Part shown: positions 33,584-40,637 of the stretch, in pieces | How positions within the stretch are numbered: the first letter of the stretch is position 1 | How the letters are laid out: each line of letters begins with the position of its first letter | Source: a virus | Virus record (IMG/VR): IMGVR_UViG_3300034069_000585 | Span: 1-47,391 of that record | Strand: one strand, 5' to 3' | Length of the DNA stretch: 47,391 bases | Made by a program: the position numbers and the translations under genes | Notes under the pieces: generated by a model | The model's input: only the letters and a program-made list of their open reading frames with translations | What the model was told of the DNA's origin: nothing | Databases searched by the model: none

Positions 33584-34036
33584 TCAGCCGGCGAGTTCGG
33601 CGGCGGCGGCGTCGAACGACAGGTTCTTTTCCTTCGCCAGCGCGTGCGCGGCGGCATTGAACGCGGCCGGATCGGTGAACGTCTGCTTGCCGGCGTCGCC
33701 TGCGTCACCCGCCGGGGCGGTGCGGTCGCCGAGCGGCACGCGCTTGTCGAGGCCGGCGATGAACGTCAGCAGCTTCGACGCGGCGGTCGCCTTGCTGGCC
33801 TTGTCGCCCGCGCCGAAGGTCAGCTCGTCGGCTTCCGGGTCCAGCGCGTTGAACGCGGTCTTGAGGTCGGCGGCCTCGGCGGGCAGAACCTTGCCCTCGC
33901 GCACCAGATTGTCGATCGCGGCATTGTTGCCGGCTTCGAACTGCGAGCGAATGCGGGTGGCGGCGCGCTGCTCGCGCTCGGCGAGGTCGGCTACGCGGGC
34001 ATCGAACGCGAGTTCTTCGGGCGTCTTGTCGGCCAT
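33584..34036 (-). CDS. nested in-frame scaffold protein (Mu Z / lambda Nu3 analogue), candidate
   Basis: An internal ATG at 34036 is preceded by AAGGAG with 7-nt spacing, in the same frame as the protease. It would encode MADKTPEELAFDARVADLAERE... (150 aa). Confidence 0.45.
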   Translation of the reverse strand: MADKTPEELAFDARVADLAEREQRAATRIRSQFEAGNNAAIDNLVREGKVLPAEAADLKTAFNALDPEADELTFGAGDKASKATAASKLLTFIAGLDKRVPLGDRTAPAGDAGDAGKQTFTDPAAFNAAAHALAKEKNLSFDAAAAELAG

Positions 34037-34555
34037 GGTCGGTTGCTCCTTTGCTTCGAAAACCGTGTGGGTCGTGGTCGGCTGTTCGGTGGCGTACACG
34101 ATTGCGTCGGCCGGCGCACCCTCCGCGACAAGGCCGCCGTCAGCGGTATATGCCAGCCGCGATCCCAACTCGCTTTGCAGCGATGCCATGCCGGGGATGC
34201 CGGGCGCGGCACCGCCAAGCAAGCCGACGTGGCGCGGCGACCACTTGCCAGGGCGCGGGTTCGCTTCGTGGTCGGGGTGGAAGAACGCCATGCTGCGGTC
34301 CAGCCATTCACCCGACTTGATGCCCTCGATCGCCTTTTCGGTCAGCGTCGCCACCTTGGCGAACAGGCGATTGCCCTCCGCGCGAAAGCCGCCGATGCCG
34401 CCCGCCGCCGGGGTGTCGCTGGTCGGATGGCCGAAGCACAGGGGCACCGGCTTATCGGCGCACTCATACGTCGCCACCTCCGCCAACTGCTCGGCGGTGA
34501 TGCCACGGGCGGCCGGGGTGCCGGCGCGAAATACCTCAATCTCGGTTTCGATCAT
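33584..34555 (-). CDS. prohead protease/scaffold (Mu gpI family)
   Basis: From ATG 34555 (MIETEIEVFRAG...). PLCFGHPTSD...GGIGGFRAEGNRLFAKVATLTEKAIEGIKSGEWLDRSMAF fits the Mu I family. The C-terminal half is helical and scaffold-like. Confidence 0.7.
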   Translation of the reverse strand: MIETEIEVFRAGTPAARGITAEQLAEVATYECADKPVPLCFGHPTSDTPAAGGIGGFRAEGNRLFAKVATLTEKAIEGIKSGEWLDRSMAFFHPDHEANPRPGKWSPRHVGLLGGAAPGIPGMASLQSELGSRLAYTADGGLVAEGAPADAIVYATEQPTTTHTVFEAKEQPTMADKTPEELAFDARVADLAEREQRAATRIRSQFEAGNNAAIDNLVREGKVLPAEAADLKTAFNALDPEADELTFGAGDKASKATAASKLLTFIAGLDKRVPLGDRTAPAGDAGDAGKQTFTDPAAFNAAAHALAKEKNLSFDAAAAELAG

Positions 34556-34636
34556 GGCCGCAGGATTTACCCCGCGCGCGATAGGGCGGAAAGGGTACAT
34601 TATTGGAGGTGATTGCGACATTGATGTGAAAGGGGC

Positions 34637-34664
34637 TTGCAATGGTCGTGATAGGGTGTATGTA
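34637..34664 (+). promoter_or_regulatory. candidate sigma70-like promoter of the plus-strand micro-operon
   Basis: TTGCAA (34637-34642), 16 nt, TATGTA (34659-34664), about 30 nt upstream of GGAGAA-ATG at 34693. Confidence 0.4.
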
Positions 34665-34692
34665 GAGCGGGACAACCCATGGAGAAGCGCCC

Positions 34693-34944
34693 ATGTTCGT
34701 TACCCGGAAAACATATGACGCCGCATTGCATAAATTGGAATGCGAACTTGGAGCCACGATCAAGGTGGCAAACGCCCAAATACTTGGGTGCAATTTGATG
34801 ATCCAGCGCCTGAGCCGCGAGAGGTCGCAGCAGGAAAATACCATTGCCGACCTCCGCGAAGAACTCTCCCGCGCCTACGTCCACGACGAGCGCGGCCGGA
34901 TCGCGCGGCACCCGCTCAACACTGGCGGGAAGGTGAAAGCATGA
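34693..34944 (+). CDS. micro-operon gene 1, coiled-coil protein (83 aa)
   Basis: GGAGAA Shine-Dalgarno. The first half has many A/T-ending codons, suggesting foreign composition. Confidence 0.55.
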   Translation: MFVTRKTYDAALHKLECELGATIKVANAQILGCNLMIQRLSRERSQQENTIADLREELSRAYVHDERGRIARHPLNTGGKVKA

Positions 34945-35141
34945 GCCGCCGCGTTAGGGCCGCAGCCGGTCGAGCAGTTCTAGCGTTCGTGTGCGTGTGG
35001 CTGCTCGCACTGCTCTGCAACACTTTCTACAATTGGGGCTGGCCGGACCCGTGGAATTGGCGACCCATATCACGCGGTATCACCAGTTACGTTGCGGCAC
35101 TCGTTGCTTTCATGACTTTGCCGATGACGCCGCCCCAATGA
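34941..35141 (+). CDS. micro-operon gene 2, 2-TM membrane protein (66 aa)
   Basis: ATGA overlap at the start. AVLAFVCVWLLALLC and ITSYVAALVAFMTL helices. Confidence 0.55.
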   Translation: MSRRVRAAAGRAVLAFVCVWLLALLCNTFYNWGWPDPWNWRPISRGITSYVAALVAFMTLPMTPPQ

Positions 35142-35296
35142 CCGCCGCAGAACGCGCCTATTTCACCAGCGAACCCGTCGCGCACGTCGCCCGTTATGAC
35201 GAGGTGCGCCGAATTGCGCGCAAGCAAGCGGAGTTCCGCGCTGCCCATGCGGCGCACGTTCGCCGCGATCCGAGGAGTGGGATGCAATGGCTCTGA
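35138..35296 (+). CDS. micro-operon gene 3 (52 aa)
   Basis: ATGA overlap at the start. Basic helical peptide. Confidence 0.45.
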   Translation: MTAAERAYFTSEPVAHVARYDEVRRIARKQAEFRAAHAAHVRRDPRSGMQWL

Positions 35297-35403
35297 TCAG
35301 CAAGCGTCGACGCCGGTGGGGCAGCATGTACGGGGACACGCATCGCGGGTTCGTCGTGTATCTGCTTGGCGTTCCGGTCTGGCGGCGCAAGGTGCGGCTG
35401 TGA
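35287..35403 (+). CDS. micro-operon gene 4 (38 aa, basic with a hydrophobic core), tentative
   Basis: MALISKRRRRWGSMYGDTHRGFVVYLLGVPVWRRKVRL. It fills the gap between genes 3 and 5 and its stop overlaps the next start (GTGA). Confidence 0.3.
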   Translation: MALISKRRRRWGSMYGDTHRGFVVYLLGVPVWRRKVRL

Positions 35404-35618
35404 GCGACGAAGCCCCTGCCTCGCTGGCGGCCTTGCGAGCTCTGCGCGACTGCGGCGTGGTCCGCGCGCGGTTGCAGCATCCCGGCTTCTCGTCGCTGTT
35501 CGCCCTCGGATTGGCCAAGATGCGGCCCTTCCCCCAGCATGAAGGCGATCAGCATCCGCGTCGCGACTTCATGCTTACGACTAGGGGCAAGGCCGTGGCC
35601 AATGCGGTGCTGAAATGA
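35400..35618 (+). CDS. micro-operon gene 5, possible winged-helix protein (72 aa)
   Basis: GTG start in a GTGA overlap. ...LAALRALRDCGVV...LTTRGKAVANAVLK. Confidence 0.45.
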   Translation: MSDEAPASLAALRALRDCGVVRARLQHPGFSSLFALGLAKMRPFPQHEGDQHPRRDFMLTTRGKAVANAVLK

Positions 35619-35797
35619 TCCGCTACGTGATCACCGTTTTCCCGAACAGCAAGGGCGTCAACCTGTCGCGAGAAGGCGATTGGGGCAACATGCCCTTCGC
35701 CACTGATGCGGAGGCACGGGCCTACGCCCGCCAAGACGCGGGCGACCGCGTTTACACGATCCGGCAGCACACCGCGCGCCGCAATAGGAGTGACTGA
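35615..35797 (+). CDS. micro-operon gene 6 (60 aa)
   Basis: ATGA overlap at the start. Confidence 0.5.
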   Translation: MIRYVITVFPNSKGVNLSREGDWGNMPFATDAEARAYARQDAGDRVYTIRQHTARRNRSD

Positions 35798-35798
35798 A

Positions 35799-36074
35799 AT
35801 GCTTGCGTTCCTGCTCGCGATGACCGCGCAGCCCGAGATGACCGACCTGCACGCGGCGGTTGCCCGATATCAGGCCATGGCGTCCCAGGCGATTGCGACC
35901 GGCGACACGTCATGGATGCCGAACGCCACGGTCAACGTCTGCTCGATCGCATATCGCTACACCCTGACGCGCGGCGACGGCGCGGCTGCGGATATCGTCG
36001 CGAGCTACAACGGCCCCAGCGCCGACCGGCTCAAGCTGTCGTGCATCGTGTACTTTCAGGAGCATGTGCAATGA
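35799..36074 (+). CDS. micro-operon gene 7 (91 aa)
   Basis: AGGAG, 8 nt, ATG at 35799. Hydrophobic N-terminus MLAFLLAMTA. Confidence 0.5.
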   Translation: MLAFLLAMTAQPEMTDLHAAVARYQAMASQAIATGDTSWMPNATVNVCSIAYRYTLTRGDGAAADIVASYNGPSADRLKLSCIVYFQEHVQ

Positions 36075-36220
36075 GCGATTATCGTGGCCGTGAACCCGTG
36101 GATGCGCCTCGGGTGATCAACTTCAACTGGTGGCTGTGCGCCGGCATCATCGGCGCGTGGATGACGCTCGGCGTTGCCGTGTACGCCGTCTGTGTTGCCC
36201 TCGGTCTGGCGTTCCGGTGA
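36071..36220 (+). CDS. micro-operon gene 8, small TM protein (49 aa)
   Basis: ATGA overlap at the start. WWLCAGIIGAWMTLGVAVYAVCVALGLAF. Confidence 0.45.
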   Translation: MSDYRGREPVDAPRVINFNWWLCAGIIGAWMTLGVAVYAVCVALGLAFR

Positions 36221-36369
36221 TGGCTAAGACCGTCGGGCAGCAGGTGCGGGAGGCGTTGCAGGAAGCGGCCGGGCGCAGCCTGTGCGAGCGGGAGGAGTCG
36301 GCGATGCTGATCCTGTCGGAACGGCTGACGGAAGCCGGGGCGCGGCGGTTGCGGGCGCTGATCCGATAG
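36220..36369 (+). CDS. micro-operon gene 9 (49 aa)
   Basis: TGATG junction with the upstream gene. Helical peptide. Confidence 0.45.
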   Translation: MAKTVGQQVREALQEAAGRSLCEREESAMLILSERLTEAGARRLRALIR

Positions 36370-36377
36370 GAGGAAGT

Positions 36378-36725
36378 ATGCCGATTTCACCAGAGAACCG
36401 CGCTCGCTATCCGAAGAACTGGAAAGCGATCAGCCAACGTATTCGCTTTGAGCGCGCCGAAGGCCGATGCGAGTGCGTTGGCGAATGTGACATTGACCAC
36501 GGTGGCAGATGTGACGCCCATCATGGCGAGGCGCATCCGCAGACCGGCTCGACCGTCGTGCTGACCACAGCGCACTTAGATCACACGCCAGAGAACTGCG
36601 GTGACGACAACCTCAAGGCGATGTGCCAGCGGTGCCATCTTCGGCTTGATCGGCACCATCACGCTGCGAACGCGCGCTCGACGCGTCTGCGCAAGGCGGG
36701 CCAAGACGACTTGTTCGGCGCATGA
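36378..36725 (+). CDS. small HNH endonuclease (115 aa)
   Basis: GGAGGAAGT before the ATG. RCECVGEC...TAHLDHTPENCGDDNLKAMCQRCHLRLD is an HNH/zinc-finger core. Confidence 0.75.
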   Translation: MPISPENRARYPKNWKAISQRIRFERAEGRCECVGECDIDHGGRCDAHHGEAHPQTGSTVVLTTAHLDHTPENCGDDNLKAMCQRCHLRLDRHHHAANARSTRLRKAGQDDLFGA

Positions 36726-36931
36726 TCACCACCCTCGCCTGTCGCTGCGGCTTCCGCGAGGAGGTGCGCGCCGATGTCGCCCGGCTCGACTGTACCGAAT
36801 GCCGCGCACCCGGCGGGCTGGTCGCCTATGCGCCGCGCTGGACGCCCCCAGCCGGCGCGGGCCGCCTCCTCACACCGGCGGAGGCCGAGCGCGTCGCCGG
36901 GGTCAGCCGGCGGCGACGCGTTCTAGCGTGA
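36722..36931 (+). CDS. micro-operon gene 11, zinc-ribbon-like protein (69 aa)
   Basis: ATGA overlap at the start. CRCG...CTEC cysteine pairs. Its 3' end overlaps the convergent minus-strand gene by 29 nt. Confidence 0.5.
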   Translation: MITTLACRCGFREEVRADVARLDCTECRAPGGLVAYAPRWTPPAGAGRLLTPAEAERVAGVSRRRRVLA

Positions 36932-37151
36932 CCAGCGTCATGGCGCGGACCAGCGGCGACCGCACGGCGGCGGTGATCCGCACGGCCTCGCCGTCGATCG
37001 TTCCGTCTGCCGGCAGCTTGGCGCGGGACGGCGCGGTGCCGACATACGCCCCCGCCAGCATGTCGCCCTGCTGCTCGATCGACATCAGGCCGCTGTAGAA
37101 GGGGAAATCGGCCTGCACGCGGCGGCCATTCTCGACGGTGCCCTCGATCAT
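36903..37151 (-). CDS. hypothetical virion-module protein (82 aa)
   Basis: ATGA overlap with the upstream stop. Confidence 0.5.
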   Translation of the reverse strand: MIEGTVENGRRVQADFPFYSGLMSIEQQGDMLAGAYVGTAPSRAKLPADGTIDGEAVRITAAVRSPLVRAMTLVTLERVAAG

Positions 37152-37534
37152 TTGTTCGTTACCCGGATTTTCAGCGTCCGCTGCTTGATGCGCGGAGGCG
37201 TGTTGGTGGTGGTGATGGTCAGCTCAATGGGAAGCGTCACGCCCTGCCCGTCGAACGCCGTCGACTTCTGCTGCGTCGGATTGATGTTGAGCCAAAAGGC
37301 AAGCGTGCGATCGGCAAGCCGGGTCGCATACTTGCCGTTCTCCGTTTCCTTCTCGACGATCGTCAGCCCGGCGGCCGAGGCTTCCAACGGCAACGCCAAG
37401 GTATAGCTTGCCACCTCCTCACCGGCCTGGAGAACGTCGCCCTCCAACGGCCCCTGCGATATGGCGATATAGAAGTCGAGCAGATCGACAGGCTCGATCG
37501 TGCCGAGGTCGAGCGCGGTTGATGGAATGGGCAT
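37148..37534 (-). CDS. hypothetical virion-module protein (128 aa)
   Basis: AGGAGG Shine-Dalgarno before ATG 37534. Beta-rich. Confidence 0.6.
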   Translation of the reverse strand: MPIPSTALDLGTIEPVDLLDFYIAISQGPLEGDVLQAGEEVASYTLALPLEASAAGLTIVEKETENGKYATRLADRTLAFWLNINPTQQKSTAFDGQGVTLPIELTITTTNTPPRIKQRTLKIRVTNK

Positions 37535-37548
37535 TCAAACCTCCTGCA

Positions 37549-40500
37549 TCATGCGGTGATCGCCACGCTGTCCTGATAGGCCAGGGCCTTGGTATAGCCC
37601 TTGTCGCCGACCAGAACGAGATTGACGCCCAGCTTCTTGTTCACGTTCGCGCTGGTGAGCGCCAGCGACCATCCCGATTGCCCCGAGATAGGCACGCCGT
37701 CCAACGTCCACTGAATTTGAAACGATCGCGTGTTGAAGGCCGGTGGCACGTCCAGTGTGACGGTCTGCCCGGCGGCGCGGGTGCCAAGGATGCGGATGCT
37801 CGCGCCGTAGCGAATATATGGCGGGAACACTCCATCGTAGGCGTCGAGATAGGCGTCCATCTTCGGCGCTTCGGATCGTGGCTGGCCCAGATATTCAATC
37901 AGCCCCCATGCACCGGATTGGCTCGTCGCGATCATCGAAATCCAGTGGTAGTGATAGAAGGGCACGGTGCGGCCGAACCCATGAATGCGCTGAAACTCGC
38001 CGAGATAGTAGCCGTACAGCGCCTTCATCTCGGGCGAACGCTGGCGGCGGCGGGCGTTGGTGATATCGCTGTCGAGCGCATGCTGCCCGACTTCGTATGT
38101 CTCGACGGCGATGCCCTTCGGCGTGGCGATCTGCTTGTGCGCGGCGACCACTTCCATCTGCGCGTTGATGTTCTTGTACGCGCCGTCGACATAGACCGCA
38201 TCGTCGGGCTGGTTGAAGGTCGGGTTGAAATAGGGCGCGATGAACACGGCGCTGATCACGTCCTTCGTCATGCCAGGATAGTTCAGTATCTGCGCCGTCA
38301 CCGAGGGGTTCGCGGCCATTGAGCCCATGCCGGTCCGCACCTTAGCGCCGAACGTCTGCTTGAGCGCTGCGAAGATCGGGCGGGCGCGGTAGCACGACTC
38401 GTCGATCGATTGTGCCAGAATGTTCGTCTCGGTCGTGCCGCGATAGACGGCCCACGCGCCGTACCAAAGCGAGCCGGGAAACGCCAAGTTGAAGGCTTCG
38501 TTGCCATGCTCGGCGCGGCATACCTTGCCGGTTACGTCGGTCACGATCTGGATAGCACGGGTGGCGAAATCTGGCGTGCAGTTGACGTGCAGATTGATAT
38601 ACGGCTCAAGGTTCGCCCGCTTGAACAGGTCCGCTAAGTCTTCGAACGTCACCCGCGCCGGGTCAGCGTCGACGCCATCGCGCAGGTTCGTCTTCGCCAT
38701 TGGCGGGACGGTATCTACCGTAGCCAAGGGAGGAGTGGGGATCGGTCGCGGTTCGTAATCGCCAATATCGAAAAGCTCGACAGTCTCCGGCGTCGACTTA
38801 AGCAAGTTGATGACGCTTTGCACCGTTCCGGCCGATGGCGGCGTGATGATGACGTTCTGATCATTGATAGTGATTGAGCCGCTACCCGACGCAGGCAGGA
38901 CCGTCACGCTCCAGTTGTTGCCCTTGCTGCCGTACCAGTGACGATTGGGCAGGTATTTGGCGATGAACGTATGGGAGGCATACGGCCTGATGTTGAGCGC
39001 AAGCCGCCGCGTGGAATTGCTCGTCGGGATAAAAATGCGGGCGTTACGCGGGAACAGGCCGAGCGGCTTCTGACGGCGGTTCTTCCATTCGAGAATTCCG
39101 TTATCGAAGCCGGTGTAGTAGGAGTTGACGCCCAGCAGGTCCATGAACCGCGTGAACTTCCATTGTGACACGGCAGTCACATAGGCCGGGTGCCACGTCG
39201 TCTGATCGATGTACGGGCCGCCACGGGTGGCAATCTCGGAACACCAGATGTTGCGAACCGGGTTGGCGGGGCTCCACGTCGATTTCGGTACGCTGACATA
39301 GAGCGCGTCGGCGTTCGCCTTGAGGTTGAACTCGATCGAACTTCCGTTGCGGACCAGATTGCTGGTGTTGCGCGCCAGATCGGAAATGGTGACGCTTGCC
39401 GGGTCGCCGTCCCAGCTCAAGCGGACAAGGCAATCTTCGGCAACCGGGTCCATCTTGATCAAGTACGTGTTCACGCCATCCTCGAATGAGAGGATGTCGC
39501 CGGTAAGCGTATCGATGTAGGGCGCGTTTGCGGCATCGTACCCCCCCCTTCCATACCCATCGCCGCGCCAATAGGTCGCCGCGAGGTTGTTGTAGGGCCG
39601 AGGATGGCCGGCGACGTTGATGCCCCAGGTCGTCTTGTCGGTGACGACATATTCGGTCGGCAGGGCGACGGCGCTATTCCCGCGCTGGACGATCGTCGCG
39701 GGAAGCGTCGTGCCGGCGAACTGCGTCGACACGGCGGCATCGGGGATCGTGATCTTGGCCCGACCGGGGCGCAGGTTTTCGGTAAGGCTGCACGCCACGA
39801 TTGAGCCATCCGGCAGGCGCGCGTCCCACCCCTGGATGCTTTGCCCGACTGCATTCGAATAGCCGATATGGATGTCGGCTCCGCGCCCTGCGAAGTGCGG
39901 CTCCACCGCCAGGATGCGGAGCGGAGCGCCGCCGCTGGAGGAGAACGTCGTCTTGATGTTGTCCGTACCGCCGCCCTTCACGTAGCGCGCGAAGCGGCCC
40001 GGTCCGCCGGGGAACATGGTGGCGACGACTTCGGCGACGATGCGGTGAACCTGCACGTCGTTGATGAAAAACAGGATCACTCCTTCATCATCGCGGTATT
40101 GCGCGGTGAACCGATCCTGTTTGGTCAGAGCCTTGCCGTAATTCATCACCGCGTTCGCACCGGGCAGCAACGTCCACTTGCCCCCGACCGGGTAATAGAA
40201 CTGCTTGTATTGGCTGTTGCCGATGTTGTCGACGCGCAGGCCGAACGAGGGTGTGACGCTGCCTACGTCGCAATACATGTACAGGGTGCCGGCATGGTTC
40301 AGCGCCCCGGTGTCGCCGTCGACAGCCGGCGCGGTGGCAAACGTGCCGAAGATGCTTTCCAGGTCCTGCCAACCGGTATCGGTGACGACTTGCGGGCCGA
40401 CCGTGCGGACGATCGAGGGATTGGAAATGACGGTGACAGGGGCCGGCACGCCCGCCTCAAGGGCGGTGACGCGCTTCTCGTCCGCTGTGATTTGCGCTTC

Positions 40501-40590
40501 CTGCGCCGCGATGATGGCCTCTGCGGCATCAAGTGCCGCCTTCCATGCGGCCTCGGCGGCGGTCAGGGTCGCGGAAAGATCGAGTGCCAT
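37549..40590 (-). CDS. large fibre/spike-like protein with a probable clan GH-A glycoside hydrolase domain (1013 aa)
   Basis: N-terminal coiled coil (...EKRVTALEAGVP). The C-terminal third has EHGNEAFN (acid/base-like NE) and VETYEVGQH (nucleophile-like E) in a TIM-barrel-like spacing. Confidence 0.6.
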   Translation of the reverse strand: MALDLSATLTAAEAAWKAALDAAEAIIAAQEAQITADEKRVTALEAGVPAPVTVISNPSIVRTVGPQVVTDTGWQDLESIFGTFATAPAVDGDTGALNHAGTLYMYCDVGSVTPSFGLRVDNIGNSQYKQFYYPVGGKWTLLPGANAVMNYGKALTKQDRFTAQYRDDEGVILFFINDVQVHRIVAEVVATMFPGGPGRFARYVKGGGTDNIKTTFSSSGGAPLRILAVEPHFAGRGADIHIGYSNAVGQSIQGWDARLPDGSIVACSLTENLRPGRAKITIPDAAVSTQFAGTTLPATIVQRGNSAVALPTEYVVTDKTTWGINVAGHPRPYNNLAATYWRGDGYGRGGYDAANAPYIDTLTGDILSFEDGVNTYLIKMDPVAEDCLVRLSWDGDPASVTISDLARNTSNLVRNGSSIEFNLKANADALYVSVPKSTWSPANPVRNIWCSEIATRGGPYIDQTTWHPAYVTAVSQWKFTRFMDLLGVNSYYTGFDNGILEWKNRRQKPLGLFPRNARIFIPTSNSTRRLALNIRPYASHTFIAKYLPNRHWYGSKGNNWSVTVLPASGSGSITINDQNVIITPPSAGTVQSVINLLKSTPETVELFDIGDYEPRPIPTPPLATVDTVPPMAKTNLRDGVDADPARVTFEDLADLFKRANLEPYINLHVNCTPDFATRAIQIVTDVTGKVCRAEHGNEAFNLAFPGSLWYGAWAVYRGTTETNILAQSIDESCYRARPIFAALKQTFGAKVRTGMGSMAANPSVTAQILNYPGMTKDVISAVFIAPYFNPTFNQPDDAVYVDGAYKNINAQMEVVAAHKQIATPKGIAVETYEVGQHALDSDITNARRRQRSPEMKALYGYYLGEFQRIHGFGRTVPFYHYHWISMIATSQSGAWGLIEYLGQPRSEAPKMDAYLDAYDGVFPPYIRYGASIRILGTRAAGQTVTLDVPPAFNTRSFQIQWTLDGVPISGQSGWSLALTSANVNKKLGVNLVLVGDKGYTKALAYQDSVAITA

Positions 40591-40611
40591 ATGCGGTCCT
40601 TTAGAAAGGGT

Positions 40612-40631
40612 GGGCGGCGCTAAGGCCGCCC
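40612..40631 (-). terminator. hairpin between the two giant genes (weak terminator or attenuator)
   Basis: GGGCGGC-6 nt-GCCGCCC, followed on the minus strand by ACCCTTTCT. Confidence 0.35.
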
Positions 40632-40637
40632 GTTAGG

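Noticed and set aside
33150-34718. 522-aa plus-strand ORF, and similar long antisense ORFs at 30750-32246, 26394-27866, 45408-46751, 16913-18202, 10822-11796 and 15000-15995
   Set aside because: All lie antisense to genes with recognisable family motifs. All have Arg/Ala/Pro/Ser-rich low-complexity translations and lack ribosome-binding sites.
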